Made by a program: the position numbers and the translations under genes. The notes beneath the pieces are model-generated. The model was given only the letters and a program-made list of their open reading frames with translations. It ran no database searches and had not been told where the DNA came from. 64,000 bases of DNA from Monocercomonoides exilis PA203 (taxonomy: Eukaryota > Protista > Preaxostyla), in the NCBI GenBank assembly GCA_001643675.2, contig LSRY02000011.1, forward strand, positions 806,001-870,000, in the 5' to 3' direction. Every line of letters begins with the position of its first letter. The stretch's first letter is position 1. Shown here piece after piece: positions 24,101 to 39,200 of this stretch.

Positions 24101-27100
24101 GTGTTTCGGGTTCGACATCAGCAGCACAGCAGGAGGAATAGCAGAAGTGTCTGGGATGGGTAGAGAAGAAGGGGTGTGATCATCATCATCGTCATCATCA
24201 TCTCTTCTGCTCGATGAGAAACCAGAGGCAAACCCTCCACTTTGCATATGCTGCAGCGAAAGAGAAAGCGAAAGCGAAGACGCACCGACTGAGGCGGCAG
24301 CACGGAATTTGATGTACATTGCCTCTTTCTCTTCGTCTGATGTGCCATAAATGCACAAGCGATGACAAGCATTGGCTCGATACCGCTTGGGCGAAGGGCC
24401 GTATTGAAAGCGCTTAAGCTCTTCATTGTGCAGCGCGATTTCTTCCTCTTTCTTCACTTTCTCCTCTTCCATCTCCTTCGCCCTCTTCTTCTCTCTCTCT
24501 TTGATCCGCTCCAGCTGCTGCTTCAGCTTCAATCTTTCCTTCTCTGCCTCAAAAAGCTGTTTGTTCCTCTCATCAACTGTCATTTTTCCCCTTCGCTTCT
24601 TCTTCTTTTTCTTCTGCGCAATATACGCAGACCCCATCCCATCAGCTGCCTTTCGGGCCATCGAAAACAATCTGATAGCTTGCCCTTCTGTGTCAAAGAA
24701 CTCTTCGTCTCTGTGGGAAAACTTGAAGGTGTCCTGGAAGTCCATGTATTGCTCCCAGGCCTCGTGGTAGTAGGTAAGGGAGTAAGGCATCGGGCGCAGA
24801 GGAGGCGATTCTACAACAAGCGGAGGAGATGGGGTGATTGGGATGCTGTCTGGATCAGTGGAAGAAGAAGAAGAAGAAGAAGATGATGATGATGAAGAAA
24901 TAGGTGATGATGTTGTTGGATCACCATTTAAATATGATGAAATATCTGTTGAATTCATTTCCTCTGAGCCATTCGGATGCAGCGGCTGTGGTTTTGACAA
25001 CAAAAGTAAATTCCCATTGGCATTAGCAGAAGTAATTTCACTTGCCTGCTCCTTCTGAACAGTGTTTGAAGCTTCAGGCATCAGAATCTGTGGCGGTTCG
25101 TCCATTAAGCACGAAGCATCAGCTGTTTGATTGGAGCTTATTGCTTCTGCTTCTGTTAATGTTGAATATGGCGAGCGCAAAGACGAGAAAAGGGTTTTCT
25201 TCTGTTTTTGGTTGAGAAGCCTGCTGTTAACCTTCCCATTTCCTGAAATGTTGTTACTATTCGATTCTTCTGTGCTTTTGGAATCAACATCAGCTCCTTC
25301 ATTCCCACTCTGCTTCATCTTCTGCTTCTGCTTCTGCTTCTCTTTTTCCTCCTCTTCTTCCAACCTCACTTTCTCGTTGTACTCTTTTATCCTCGCATCT
25401 CCTTCAATCAGCTCCACCTGCCTCGACAGCGCCACAAGATGTGCCAGCGACTCCTCAATTTCTCTGTTCTTTGGCGGCTGAAGTGGAATTGAAGGGTCAA
25501 AATAGCCAATCAGCGTGTCTTCAGAGGGAACAAACGGACGCAGACTGCGAGGCTTGAATCTTTGGGATGGTTGTGGAGACTGGGGAGAAGAAGAAGAAGA
25601 AGAGGATGAAGAGGAAGAGGAAGAAGAAAGTGGGCTGTTAGATGATTGAGTAACATTAGTTGTGGCAAAAGTGACTTTTTTATCTTTGCTGTTATTATTA
25701 TTATTATTAATGCAAGCATTGTTCTGTATATTGATTGAATCCTTATTATCACTACAAGTCTCTTTCCCCTCTCCTTTCTCCCCTTCTTCTTCTTCTTCTC
25801 CTCCTTCTCCTCCTTCTTCTTCCTCTTCATCGTCCATTTTCTTCACCTCTCCTTTCGCCTCCTCCGCCACCATCTTCCTAATCTCCCTGTCATCCAATAT
25901 CTCCTTCATCTGCCCCCATCTCGAACCAGACTCTGCTTTTCCTCCATCCAATCCATCTGGATCGATATATGGCATTTCCCCTGTATCGTGGAATAGGTTG
26001 TCATCAAGCTCTTCTTCTTCAGTTGCTGCTTCTTCATTTAATTGTTCAATTTGCTCTTTTTCTTTTTCTTTTTCTTTCTCTCCTGTCCCTTCAGTCAAAT
26101 TCCCTTTCTCCTTCGCATCATTCCCTTCCTTCTGTGCTTCCTGCTTCTGCCGTTCTAAATCCTCCTTTTCCTTCTTCAATTTGTTCTCCCTCTCTCTTCT
26201 CAGCCGCTCCGCCTTCATTCTTTCTTCTCTCTCTCTCCTCTCCATATTCGCAATCGCATTCTTCTCCCTCTCCTTCTTCATCGCCTTCTCTTTCTCCTTC
26301 TCCTCCCACCGTTTCACCTCCTTCGCTATCTCTTCTTCCCTCTCTTCTCCATAATTCCCTTCCACCTTTGGAACCAGAAACGGAACAAGCTTCTTTATCG
26401 GCCCGTTGAACTTGACAGTTTTCTCGTCCAAGCAGCAAAAGACGGCTGTGTTTGACGATTTTTTCATAGGCGACCAGCCATTCATCAGGCAAATGAACAA
26501 CATCAGAGCAGAAACAGCGTATTTGTTCTCTTCCACTGTTGGGATACCATTTTTGCTGTCTTCCTCTTCTTTTCGCTGGGATTCGAGAAACTCGGCTTCA
26601 GAATCACTGGAGTTGGAAGAGAAATTTTTTGAGGTTTGTTTTGGTTGATTCTTGTGCTTGTGATGTTTGTGTTTGGTGTCAAAGATAAGAGAAGAAGAAG
26701 AAGAAGAGGAGGAGGAGGAGGAAATGTTTTCATTATCATCTTCTTCAGATGAAGACGATGAAGAAGAAGATTCAGCTGAAGATTCGTCTTCATCATCATC
26801 GTCATCATCATCTTCTTCTTCATTCTCTCTGAACACAAGTTCCTTGTCTGGCTCTGCTATTTCTCTATTTGCACTCATCTTTTTATCTTCCCCTTTTCTG
26901 TTTTCTGTTTTTCCTTCTTTTTCTCCTTTAACATTCTTCTTTTGTGTCTCTTTTTGAGACAATTTCGATTTTTGAATTGGCACATTTCCTTCTTTTCTTA
27001 AGAATTTCCTTTTGTTATCTTCTTCTTCTTCTTCCTCATCATCATAATCTTCTTCTTTTCTGTTTCTTTTATCTCCATTTCCCTTTTTTTTCATTCCCAG

Positions 27101-30100
27101 CAGCGGTTGCAGTGATCCTATTGATTCTAGATCTGCATTCAATTTATCTTCTTCTCTTTCTCCTCCTCCTTCTTCTCTTTCTTCTTCACTTACTTCATCA
27201 TATAAACCATCCACTTCTTTCAACGAATCTTTTCTTTGCTCCAATGAAGATCGCTTGCGTTCTTCTTCTTCTTCTTCTTCTTCCTCTTCCTCTTCTTCTT
27301 TCTTCTTTTTCGCTTCTTCCTCTTTCTTCCTCTTCCTCTCTTCTCTTCTCTTCCTCCTCTCTTCCTTCTCCTTCTCCTTCCCTTCCATCTTCTTCTCTTC
27401 CTCTCTCTTCCTCATCATCTCCTTGTTCGCTTTCTCCCTCTCCTTCTCCTTAATCTTCGCTTGCCTCTCTTCCAACAATCTAACTTTCCTTTTCACTTCC
27501 ATTTCTTCCATCGCTCCTTCCAACAGCCTCAGAAACATAAACGACTGCGGATGGTAATGCCCGCCAAACATGAAGTGGCCTGGCTTCTTGTATATTCTAT
27601 CCACACGCGAGGGAGGTAAGTCCAAGTTCCTCTGGTCCCACGAGGCGTGGAAGTAAGTTTCGAAGCGGGACGGGTAGAACGGGATTGGGGTGGAGAGATA
27701 GACAGGAGGAGGGTTGAGGACAAGAGGGTGGGCTTTGGGTTGGGAGGAGGAAGAGGAGGAGGAAGGAGAAGAGGACGAAGAAGTTGATGAAGGTGTAACA
27801 TCACTACAAGAATTCTGATTAAATGTTACATTTTTCTCATTTGAACACTCATTCTGTTGTTTCTGCTTCATCTTTGCCATCAGCTCTTGGAGATTGTCGC
27901 ACACTCCAACACTTGCTGCGCCCACTTCACCAGGGGCGCCTATGTTGTGTGAAGGGAATTTTGGTTTGTTTGAGGATAAAATAGAAGAAGAGGATGAGGT
28001 TGAAGAGGAAGAGGAAGAAGATTGTGATGGTGATGAAGAGGAAGAGGAAGCGGAAGAAGAGGAAGAAGAAGGAAAGAAAGAAGTTGATGGAGTTGTGGAT
28101 GAAGTGGCAGATAGAGAATTTGAAGTGGACGTCTTTGAATCAGAAGATGAAATGTCAGAATGTGTTTGCGATGATGATAAAGCCGAATCCGAAGCTGAAG
28201 GAACACAAGAAGAAGAAGAAGAAGAAGACGAAGAAGAAGCAAAAGGAGCATCATTCACAACAGCACCACCACCACCACCACCACCCTCCCCTCCTTTCTG
28301 CACCACCACCATCGCATTCGTCTGCTGCATCTGCAGTGGAGACGGCGCAATCACCTTTGTTGTCGGAGTAATAACCTTCGGCTTTGCGATCTGATCAATC
28401 GAGAGCTTCAGTCTTGTTGGCGTGAAGTTCCTCAGAGTGAATGTGGGCTTAGCAATTTCGTCTCTGTCGAGGGTGAGCGACCTGGCGGCGATGACAAGTG
28501 AGTCCTCTCTGGTTGACAAGGGCACTGTCAGCTTCGCCTTCCACTTCTTCTTCGCCCGCTCGCGCCGCTGGCTGCGCCGGGTGATGGCGGGGAGGCTGTT
28601 GGTGTTGGTGGAGTCGGGGTGGGTGGTTTTTGAAGAGAGGGAAGAAGTATTGGTATTATTAGTATTATTAGTATTAGTATTATTAGAGCTGTTATCATTA
28701 CTGCTATTGTTATTGCTATTGCTATTTGTGTAGAAGTCGTCATCTTCAAATGATTCATCGGATGAATTGTCCACAATCAAGTCAATATACTCCCTTTCAC
28801 TCAGTCTCCTCTTCCCAATCTCAATTGCTCTTTCTTTGCCTTCTGCACTCCCTCTCATTTTCTGGGTTTTTCTGCTTCGGCTGTTGGCTTCGTCATTTCC
28901 GCCTTCGTCACTTTCTCTAAATGACCCCAAACTGTTTCCTGAATCATCATAGAAGTCATCGTCTTCTTCGCTGTCGTAATCACTTCCGCTGTAATTATCG
29001 TCATCTTCTTCTTCGTCGTCATCATAACAATCATCTGTACCATCTGCTCCATCAGAATCACTTGATTTGTAATCCATTCTTCTTCCACTTCTTCTTCCCC
29101 CCACTCTTCCTCTTCCTCTTCTCCTTCTCCGCCTTCTCTGCCTTCTCCCTTTATCTGCTCTCCTCCTCTTCAACTTCTCAATCCTCTCCACTCTCTTCTT
29201 CTCTGCCTGCCTCTCGTCCTCTTCTGTCAGCATGCGAAATTCTCTCTTCCTGTCAGGAAACTCGAACTCCAGCACAACCACCAGCCGCTGCGCCTCAAAC
29301 GAGTCCTGCGGGTCCTCAATCATCTGCAGGAATTTGATCAGCTCGCCTTTCAAAACAGGCTCCACACGCAATTTGCACAGCTGCCTGATCAGAAGCAGTA
29401 CAGGGCGCACAAACTCTGTTGCCAGGAGATCGCAGTCACACTCAGTGAGAAGCACCTCGACACATTCAGACAGGTCGGGTGCCCCCTTTTGAGGGAAGGA
29501 CGAGACACACTCCAGAAGAGTCTCTATCAGAAGGAGGATGCTTGAGCGGACGTGGGGATCAGAGGCCTGTGGAAAGAGGAGGAGGAAGAAGAAGAAGAAG
29601 AAGAAGAAGAATTAGAATAGATAGATGGATATCCAAATATATACATCAATTCACACATTCATTTAAATTCATAAAACCAGATTACAAAAAATAACATCAG
29701 GGAAATGCTTTAGCACACCATGTATTGAAAAAGCAATCTGAAATACATCAATGTGAACATGGAATAATTCTCTCGACGAGGAAAAATTCCATATGACACT
29801 GTTTCATCACGATATCTACCGCTTACAAACAATCGCCCTTTTTGCTCAGAATTTTGAAATGGAAACATTTGAATTCCACCATGAGGAATGGGAACTCGCT
29901 CTGGAAGAGTTAAATGAATTGTTGCTTTTTGCAGAAATGGCCAGAAAAATGACTTCAAAAACAAAACAATGCAAAAATAAAAAAACAATCTTGGTAAATA
30001 AAAAATGAAGCATACAAATGCGTGTGGATATTTTAAACTTATACGGCATAAAACTACTTCAAGCAGGCGATAGTCAACAAAAAGTGGAAGATCAGGAGAT

Positions 30101-30354
30101 GAAGCAATAATATCCAATTTTTCCTTAATTATTTTAGCTTCTAGGCCTTCTTCATCAACAACTTTTGGGCATCTATTCAGTGCAACAACGTATTCGTGAG
30201 GAGTATCAAGAGCTAATTCATTTCAAAGCATTTCAAAAAATTTAATAACAATTTAAATAGATAAATATTTTAAAAAATTCATACGCGTATTGTAAAATCG
30301 TAGAACTGCTGGATCTATTTTATGTTTTTGAGAAAGAAACAATTTATGATCCAT
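21101..30354 (-). CDS. ~2,990-aa low-complexity protein with C-terminal degenerate fungal-type/CK1-like kinase domain; 4 exons
   Basis: Exons 30354-30285, 30212-30016, 29952-29719 and 29566-21101 total 8967 nt, in frame. C-terminus: HRVHRNIRMDHLVL, AFIIDFGRS, GTVHYLS, DDCEELVK. The body is poly-S/E/K/N tracts separating short ordered blocks. Confidence 0.75.
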
Positions 30355-30702
30355 TTGAAAACGCTCTTAAACACGCAAATATGAGTTAACTTTTTCTTAA
30401 AAAATATTTATAATTCCATTTGAATAATGTTCTTAGTGGTTCTAAGAAGAGAATCAAACCCAATACCCTTCAAAATTTGTAATTAAATAAAAACACTCAA
30501 ATAATGGGCACAAAATTTTTACTTCATGATGAATGAAATCTTGTTTCTAAAAATGCAAAAAAGAGTGCACACTGTAAATGAAATTATAAAAGAAACGGGA
30601 CATAATTTCAATAAATCAGTAAGAACAAATCAATTAAATAAAAAAATATCACTTGAATCAAAACATTAACCAATGGATAGAGCGACCTTTCAAATAAAAT
30701 AA

Positions 30703-31998
30703 TTATTTCTTCCAAGCTTCATATCCGAATATTGCTTCTTTCCCCAGTTCTTCCTCAATGCGAATAAGCTGGTTATACTTTGCTGTTCTCTCGCCTCTGC
30801 AAGGAGCACCTGATTTTATCTGGCCGCAACCCAATCCTACTGCCAAGTCCGCAATAAACGAATCTTCTGTTTCTCCAGAGCGATGCGAAACCATAACAGA
30901 CCAACCTGCATCGAGAGCAATTTTCGCTGCCTCAATCGTTTCAGAAACGGTTCCAATCTGATTCACTTTCAGAAGTAGAGACGTGCACGATTTTTTCTCA
31001 ACTGCCATTCGAATGCGTTCAGGGCACGTAACAAGCAAATCATCTCCCATAACTTGTATCTTCTTTTTATTCATGACTGCAGTAAGCTTTGCGAATGCAT
31101 CAAAGTCGTTTTCATCAAATGTATCCTCTAAAGACACAATCGGGTATTTTTCAACCATTTGCTCAAATATCATCTGCATTTCTTCGCTGGTAATCTTTTT
31201 GTGTGTAGTGTCTTTAAATCCAAGATCGTACATTTTCTCTTTGCTTTCGTAAAACTCCGACGCAGCTGGATCAATGCAGATTTTAACACGGCCAGTGTGA
31301 CCTGCTTTTTCAATGGCTTCCACGAGCAGTTCGAGCGGTTCCATCACGTCAGTTACTGGAGGAGCAAACCCGCCTTCATCTCCAACATTTGTAGCATCCA
31401 AGCCAAATCTTGCTTTCAGAATCTCTTTCAAGCAGCCATAAACTTCAGCTCCCATTCTTATGGCCTCAGAAAACGAAGAGGCAACACATGGCGCAATCAT
31501 ATACTCTTGAAAGGGAAGTTTATTTCCAGCATGCTTTCCTCCATTTATCACATTAAGACTTGGAACTGGAAGTCGCAGAGTCGAATTTCCAGATAACTCT
31601 GCAATATAACGATATAAAGGAATACCCCTTTCAGATGCAGCAGCCCTGCATGCAGCTATTGAAACAGGTAAAATTGCATTTGTTCCAAGTTTTGATTTCT
31701 TCGGGTCACCATCAAGATCACACATTATTTTATCAAGAGCATGTTGATCCATAATCGATTTTCCAATCAAAGCGGGGGCAATAACAGTGTTTATATTTGA
31801 AACAGCATGAGTAACTCCTTTCCCCAAAAATCTGCTTCCTCCATCACGCAATTCAACAGCTTCATGTTCACCCGTTGACTTTCCAGAAGGAACAGCCGCA
31901 CGAAACATTCCTTTGTCAGTAAATAAGTCAACTTCTACTGTTGGTAGAGCACGTGAATCGAGTATCTCGCGTGCAAATATCTTTCTGATTGTTGACAT
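30703..31998 (-). CDS. ENO: Enolase (2-phosphoglycerate dehydratase), 431 aa, intronless
   Basis: [81 protein letters not shown]. Likely start is the ATG at 31998 ([10 protein letters not shown]). Confidence 0.97.
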   Translation of the reverse strand: MSTIRKIFAREILDSRALPTVEVDLFTDKGMFRAAVPSGKSTGEHEAVELRDGGSRFLGKGVTHAVSNINTVIAPALIGKSIMDQHALDKIMCDLDGDPKKSKLGTNAILPVSIAACRAAASERGIPLYRYIAELSGNSTLRLPVPSLNVINGGKHAGNKLPFQEYMIAPCVASSFSEAIRMGAEVYGCLKEILKARFGLDATNVGDEGGFAPPVTDVMEPLELLVEAIEKAGHTGRVKICIDPAASEFYESKEKMYDLGFKDTTHKKITSEEMQMIFEQMVEKYPIVSLEDTFDENDFDAFAKLTAVMNKKKIQVMGDDLLVTCPERIRMAVEKKSCTSLLLKVNQIGTVSETIEAAKIALDAGWSVMVSHRSGETEDSFIADLAVGLGCGQIKSGAPCRGERTAKYNQLIRIEEELGKEAIFGYEAWKK

Positions 31999-33247
31999 TG
32001 CGTTGTCTGGATTGTTTGAATAACGCCACAAATTTTAAAAATTAAAGAAACCAATAAACTGCATACGTTATTCAGTAATATATAAATTGTAAACAACTTC
32101 TTTTCAACATTCGCAAAAAAATTCTTGCTATTTTGAAATTTTTATAAAGGCTGAATCGAAAGAAAAATTCAATTTTTGCAAGTTGGAACAAAATTCAGAA
32201 AGCTTTTAAATTTCTTTCCACATCTTCTATTTTTTTATCTTCATTCAAACAAACCATATCAAAAATGATCAATTCATAAGTTTTGATGGGTTATGATCTT
32301 ATTGTTTTGCATATTAATCATTGTAGCAAACTTTAATCGAAAAGAAACGTGTATTATCTTACAAAACATTTTATAAAATATCAAAAATATACGTGAAATA
32401 TGTTTTGAAGGATTTTTTGAACAGTTTGAAAGATAATTGGTTATTTTGTATTCCTTCGGATTTGAAGGTTGCAATCAAATTTAGAAAATAACTACATGCA
32501 AGCATTTTTAAATTGTCATCAAGGTTCTATTAAATTTTCGGTTTTCTGCCTTTCTTTATGGAGAAATTTGTAGAAAAGGTTAAATCAACTATTTTGCTGT
32601 TGAGTATCCTTCATTGGTTTTCAAAAGCAATTTTGTGGTTTACAACTTAAAACTTTTATTTGCAGAATTGAAGTTGTTTGGATATTTGCGAAACGTTGCA
32701 ACAGGCATGGAAGAATAAAAGATTGTTTAATTATTGATGATTTCACCGAAAACCAGACAGTTGCAAAGATCTTTGCTTTCACAACGAAATGCATGAATAT
32801 GGATTTATATCTTTAGGAGATTAGCAAATATGAGGTGTTTTGGAAAGAAAACAAATTTAAATGGAGTTCAACAGAGCAAAATTACTGAGTCAATTAGAGA
32901 TTGTTCAGAAAATGAAAAAATAAATGCGTCCAACATTTCCTTGAATAGCAGAAAAGCGTTTTCTGAGAAGCGAAAATATATCATTTCTTAAATCATATTG
33001 ATATTTTGAAAGCAAACGTTGTAAAAAATAAGAGAAAAAGAATGAATAAAATAATATCTTCAACAACCACAACAAAAGCAATTAAACATGGAACTGTGGC
33101 TGGCAACTATGACTTTTAAAGAAAAAAATCGATACATAATTTTGTTTGATTTGAAGTTACAAGGAATAATATGGGTTATATTGAATATATAAATATTCCT
33201 GCGCATCGTCATTTTCTTTACAAGGCAAATATCATCACAGCACTGAA

Positions 33248-36200
33248 ATGTATCTGACATTTACGATTGTTGCAAGCTGCTTTGCAATTTTTAACTCGAA
33301 AGAATTATTGGGCAAAGAAATAAATCAATTAGATACGACAGTTATGCTACAATTACAACAATTCAACAGTAATACAAGAGCGCAGCAAATTTTTCAATAC
33401 AGTTCAATTCTTTCGACTCTTCAAGTGAAAAATTCATCTCTAAGTGCGTCAAATATTTTGCAATATCATTCAGAAAGAGAGCCTTGTTTTTTTGTTTGCA
33501 AGAGAGGACATTTAAATATCAAAGAATTTACGATTTCATTTTCATCAAAAAATAGCCCATTTGCTCTTGATGAAGGATTCATCCATTCTGCGAATCTTTC
33601 TATCTTCACATTCAAGCCATTTGCCCATATTCCCAAACTTTTTTGCTCGTCTTTGCCAAAGAACTTTGACAATGGAATTAGGGAAATCATCCTTTCCGAT
33701 TCTTCGTTTTCATCATTCAAACTTACATCAATACCATTTTCAACACCGAATGCGAGTTGCTTTGTGAAAGCCTCTGGCTTGAAGATGGCAAATATTTCTG
33801 TTGCTTCAGGAGCGCAAAGAGAAATGGATTTGAGAGCGAGAACAGAAACAACGATTGAGGGATGCTCGTTTTTCAGTGTTTGGGATGTTATTTATGGGGG
33901 CATTTCAAGGTCAGTGAACAGCCCATGTGCTTCGCTGAGAGCAACAAACTCCTCATTCAAATGTTGCTTTCGGACGATGAATGTTGATGAATCAGGCGGA
34001 AGCAACATGACAAGGCAGGAACTGGGAGCAGATGAAGCGCATTCTTTCACTGACTGCACGTGGAGCGATAAAAATACTACAGATGTTGGCAGTTCAATTT
34101 TTTTGAGAGGAAGTTCAACTCTTGAATGCACAAGATGCACATTCAAAAATATGATACAAAGCTATGATGGAACAGTCGATGTGCAATCAGCAGCTGGGGT
34201 GAAAATGTCCTATTGTAATTTCACAAATTGTATTTCATGGATAAATACTGGTGGAATGATTGTTTATAATCTGAAAGGGGATTACACTTTTTCAGGATGC
34301 ATTTTTTGCGAATGCAAAGCAATTGCAAACTACTCAGGAGGATTACGTATTCAACAGCTTTCTGGAAATGGAACCGAGTCAATTGAAAAATGTAGATTTA
34401 TTCACAATGAAGCAGGATCATTTTGTGGAGGATTATATGTGGAACTTCACTCAAACTCATATTTAATCTCAGAGTGCGAATTTGAAGGAAATATGGCAAA
34501 TGGAACAGGAACAGGCACTCTTAAAGGAGGGGGTGGGGCTATTTTCATGATAACAGCAAGTTGGATGGAAACTGATACACCTCCAAAAACAATTTCGTTT
34601 TGCTTTTTCAGTGGCAACAAGGCAGAAAATGAAGAAGGCCACGATGTAAAAATTAAAGACTCTTTTTTGAAAGGTACACCATTTGAATCATCGCTCTCAA
34701 CAACATCAGCAAAAAGAGTGTTTTACAACGACAGCCAAACAGATTACGATGTATGGCTTCCAACAATCCAAACAACATATGCCAGAGCAGATGGGATTGA
34801 AGGTCCTATCTGTGGGACAACACAGACCAGCCCATGCAACATGATTGAGCAGGCATTCAACATGATTGAGAAAGGAGCAGAAGGAACAGTGAATATCCTT
34901 CAATCGACCTTTTCTTCAACGGCTCTATTCATTGGAGGAGGAGACATTTCATTCAAAGGCGAAAGCGAGAGCGAGTGTATCATTTCCACAAAATTGCTGA
35001 ATTCACATGAGTGTTTGTTCACATTGGATTCGGGATCGATGGGATTGACTTTGGTGACAATTCGTCACAACAGCGCAGAATCATCATCTTCATTGTTTGA
35101 GATGAGAACAGAAGCACAGAGTCTGACACTGAAAAATGTGATCATATCAGGGGCAGACGATGGGCAGACACACTCATTTGTTGTTTCACCATTCAAAGTG
35201 ATACTTGAGAAAACGAAGATGGAAAACTGTTTGATTGAGGATATTGGTCTGGGAGATTACTCATTGTTTGAGGAAGAGGAGGATAGTGGAGTTGGGAGAG
35301 GGATGCTGGGTAATGTGACGATCCAAAGGATCAGTCGGATGAGAGGAAATGGGGTGATATTCAGCACTGAAAGTGAGAGAAGCGATTCCTGTGAGCTGGA
35401 GAACGCCACATTCAGAAACTGTGTGTGCAAGGAAGGGAATGGAGGGACCATTGCATGGAGTATTGGTCAAAGTGGGATATTCAAGATTGGCAGAGGAGAG
35501 GTGACAACATTGATTGGGGAGTGTGGGGCAGAGAAAGGAAGTGGGGAGGAGAAGGGAAGAGGAGGAGGTGTGTATTTGGAGTTGTCAACCCCATCAAGTG
35601 TGTTTGAGATTGTGAATGTGAGATTTGAAAATAATTATGCAGAACATGGGATGAATGTGTTTATTGCTTCGAATCAGCTGGAATTGGTTCCGAAAGGGAG
35701 ATTTGGATTTGTTTCTGATTTGAGTGAAAAAGCAAATGAAGTGGAGGGAGTGGGAGACACGAACAATGCAACACTGGTGATTCCGATTGTGTGCTATCTC
35801 CTGGATGTTCCGAGGAGTGAGATCTATGTTTCAGCTTCGGGAGCTGATCATCCTCGGTGTGGGCACACATTTTTCGAGTGCCGAACACTGAACTGTCCGA
35901 TTGAGAGGGAAGAGAACACACCAGCAGATGGAACAACAACAGCGACAATCAAAGTTTGGAATGGAATTGAGGTTTGTTCACCAGTGGTGTTTTCGAAAAT
36001 GGTTAGAGTGATTGAAGGAATAGGGGATGATGGATCGCTTGTTATTGGAGGTGAGGAAGCTTGCAAAGGAGATGAGGAAGGATGCGACGGAGTATTTATG
36101 GTGCTAAATGAAACAAGGATAAGGAAGATCGAGTTGGTGATGCCATCTGTTCTTGAGTATCATGAGGCGATATTCCAGTTGAAAGGAGAAACACTGAATT

Positions 36201-39200
36201 TGAGTGAATGTGTTGTCACATTTGGAGTTGGAGTGAATTTTGTGGAATACAGCTTGCTGGTTGTGGAAAAGGGAGAGGCGAATGTGACTTCACTGAGATT
36301 GGATTCAATGAGGTTTGAAAAGCCTGGGATAAAAGCTAATGGGGGATTGTCATCTGTCTCGTTGAAGAATGTGGAGCTGAATGATATCACCTTTGGAGGA
36401 GAAAGGGGGTTTATAGTTTGTGAGAGAGGAAGCACACTCACAGGAGAAAGTGTGATTGCCAGTGGGTGCGAAATCGGAGAAAGCAGTATGATTTGGGCAG
36501 GAAGCAACTGTATTGCGAGGATGAGTGAATGCAAGTGGAGTTCATGCAATTTTGTTGATTCAGGGGCGATAAGAGGGAGTGAAGCAAAGGAGATATCAAT
36601 CTGGGGATGTAATGGGAGCAATATCAGAGTCAGTGAAGGAGATGGAGGGATTGTGTATGGAGTGGTTGGGGAGGGAGGCATGGTGGATGTGTGGAACACG
36701 AGCGTTGAGCGGTGTGTGGCAGAAAAAGGGAATGGAGGAGGGATGAGGATAGAAATGAAAGGGGATGTACAGCTGAAGATCAGGAGCGAAGAAGAAGTGG
36801 CACTGATGAAGAAATGCGCAGCGGGAGAGGAAGGGACAACGAATGGAGGAGGGTGTGGAGGAGGGTTGTGGCTGGGGATTGAAGGAGAGAGATATGGGTT
36901 TGATTTGAGTGGAGTGAGGTTTGAAGAGAACAGAGCAAGGAGTGGAAGGGATGTGTATGTTGTGTGTGATGATATGAGGAGGGTTGTGAATGGAAGCAGT
37001 TTCTCGTTCAGTGGAGGAATAAGTGAGAGAGAGAATTCGCTGATGGGGAAGGATGGGCAGAAGTTTTTGAGTGAGGTTGATCTGTTCATATTCATTGATG
37101 GATACAGCTCGTCGATCATTGAGGTGGAGAGTGAGAATGGAGACAATGGAATCTGGTGTGGGGAGGAGAATTGCCCGTGCGGGAGTGTGGATTATGGAAT
37201 TGGGAGGCTTGGTGGAGAGGGAGAAAAGAAAATAGTGATAAGTGGGAGCACGAGTGTTGAGAAGGTGGGAGATGTGAGTGGAGTGAGGATTGAAGGGAAA
37301 TACAACAAGAAAAAGAAGGTGGTTGTGGAGAAAGGAATTGAAGGAGAAGGGGAAAGTGTTCTTGATTCGAAGGGATTGAGTGTGTTTGTGAATGTTGGGT
37401 TTGAATTGCCTGGATCATTTAACCAGAGGAGAGAAGTGGTGATAAGCTTATCAACAGCAAGTGGTGTTTTGGAGATGGAATTGTGTTCGTTTTTGATGCA
37501 GGAAGGGGAAGAAGAGGCGATTGAATATCGAATCATCAAAAGCAGTGGACAAGCTGTGAGGATGAAGTGGATATTGATAAATAACTTCAAGACAAAAAAG
37601 TGTCTGATGGATCTTTCTCTTCTTGGGATGGAACAGAATGGAGGAGAGAATGAAGTTGTGAGCATCAGCAACTGCTCGTTTTGGAGTCTGTCGGTTGTTG
37701 GTTCTGATGAGTCAGCTGTGATATGTGCCGATGTGAGGAAAGTGATGAAGATAGAACAGAGCAACATGAGTGACATCGCAGGTGGAGAGAGCATGAGTGG
37801 TGGGGCAGTGAGGGTGCATATCCTTGATTCAGGGATGATTCATGTGAAAGAGGGGATGCTGGAGAGGTGTTTGGCAGAGAAGATGAATGGTGGGAAAGGA
37901 GGATGGCTGTATGTGAATTGCGGTGAAAGGAGGGGAGGGATGCCATTCAAGTTTGAGGGTGTGAAGTTTGCTGAGAACGAGGCATTTGTGGGGAAGAACA
38001 TGTTCATTTTGGATTCAGATCTGAATGTGACAGTGAGGAGTGAGACATTTGCGATTGATGTTGAAGGGATGGAAGACGATCAGAATCTGTTTGCTGGAAG
38101 TGATGAGAAGCGGATCAACACAGATCTGTTGCGATTTGTGATTGAATACAGGAGCGAGAGGATTGTGGTGTGGGAAAAGGGAGATGATGTTGTTCGATGT
38201 GGGAGTGAAGAGGATCCGTGTGAGACATTGGAAATGGGGATGAGGCACATTGAGAGAGGAGGAGAGAGAAAAGTTGTGGGACTGAAGGAAAAGATAAGAG
38301 TGGAGGGAGAACATGATTTGAGTGGGTTTGAAGTTGAATCAGTGGGAGCAGGATATGATGAGATGGAATATGGAGCAGTTGTGTTGGGGAGTGAAGGAGA
38401 AAGTGGAGCAAAAGTGTGTCTTCGGAACAGTGGAGCAGTCACTCTGAGAGCACTGGAGATGTGTGTGATGAATGTTTTGGAAAGTGGGGAATCGGGGATG
38501 ATTGTGAGTGAGGGAGGGAAAGTTGAATGGGAAGATTGTTCAATCTCATGGAAGGGAAAGAAAGAAGGAATGGGAGATGTTGCATTTTGTGTTGTGAAGA
38601 AAGGGGAGCTGGAGATGAAGAGGTTCAAAGTTCTTTCGTATTTTGGGAAGAGAAGTATGTTTGTGGTGGGTGGAGAAGTGGTGAGTGTGACTGATGAATT
38701 CACAGTTATTGAAGCGAAATTGGAGAGTGGGAGTTTGTTTGAAATTGAAGGAGAGATTGACGAAAGAGTTGAAGAGGGAGCAAATGGAGGAGGTGAGATG
38801 AGAATGAAGAATTGCAGTATTGGATCTGTTGAAGGGGAAGGAACAGATCCGAGTGTTATTTCGAGCAGGAGTGGGAGTGGAGTGAAACTTGTTGTTAAAG
38901 ACTCACTGTTTGAAGGGTGCAGTTGTGGGAGAAGCACAAAGGGAGGTGAGATGCTGTTTGAGTTGAATGAAGGAGGGTTGTTCGATGTTGTGAACACGAG
39001 TGTGAAGCAGTGTGGATGTTCTGTGAGCGAAGGGAAAGGAGGCGGTGTGTATCTGAAGACTGAATTGAGGGGGGAGCTGGATTATGTGTTTGATGGGGTG
39101 ATATTCCGAAGGAACACAGCATTCATCGGGAATGATGTGTTCATTGTGTGTGACTGTATTGAGAGGCAGATCAACGAAACACAGTTCAACATCGACTTCC

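Noticed and set aside
32480-33240. Possible upstream exons of the 3012-aa receptor, or a small gene
   Set aside because: Frames are interrupted by stops, and the ORF already starts with a plausible signal-like sequence.
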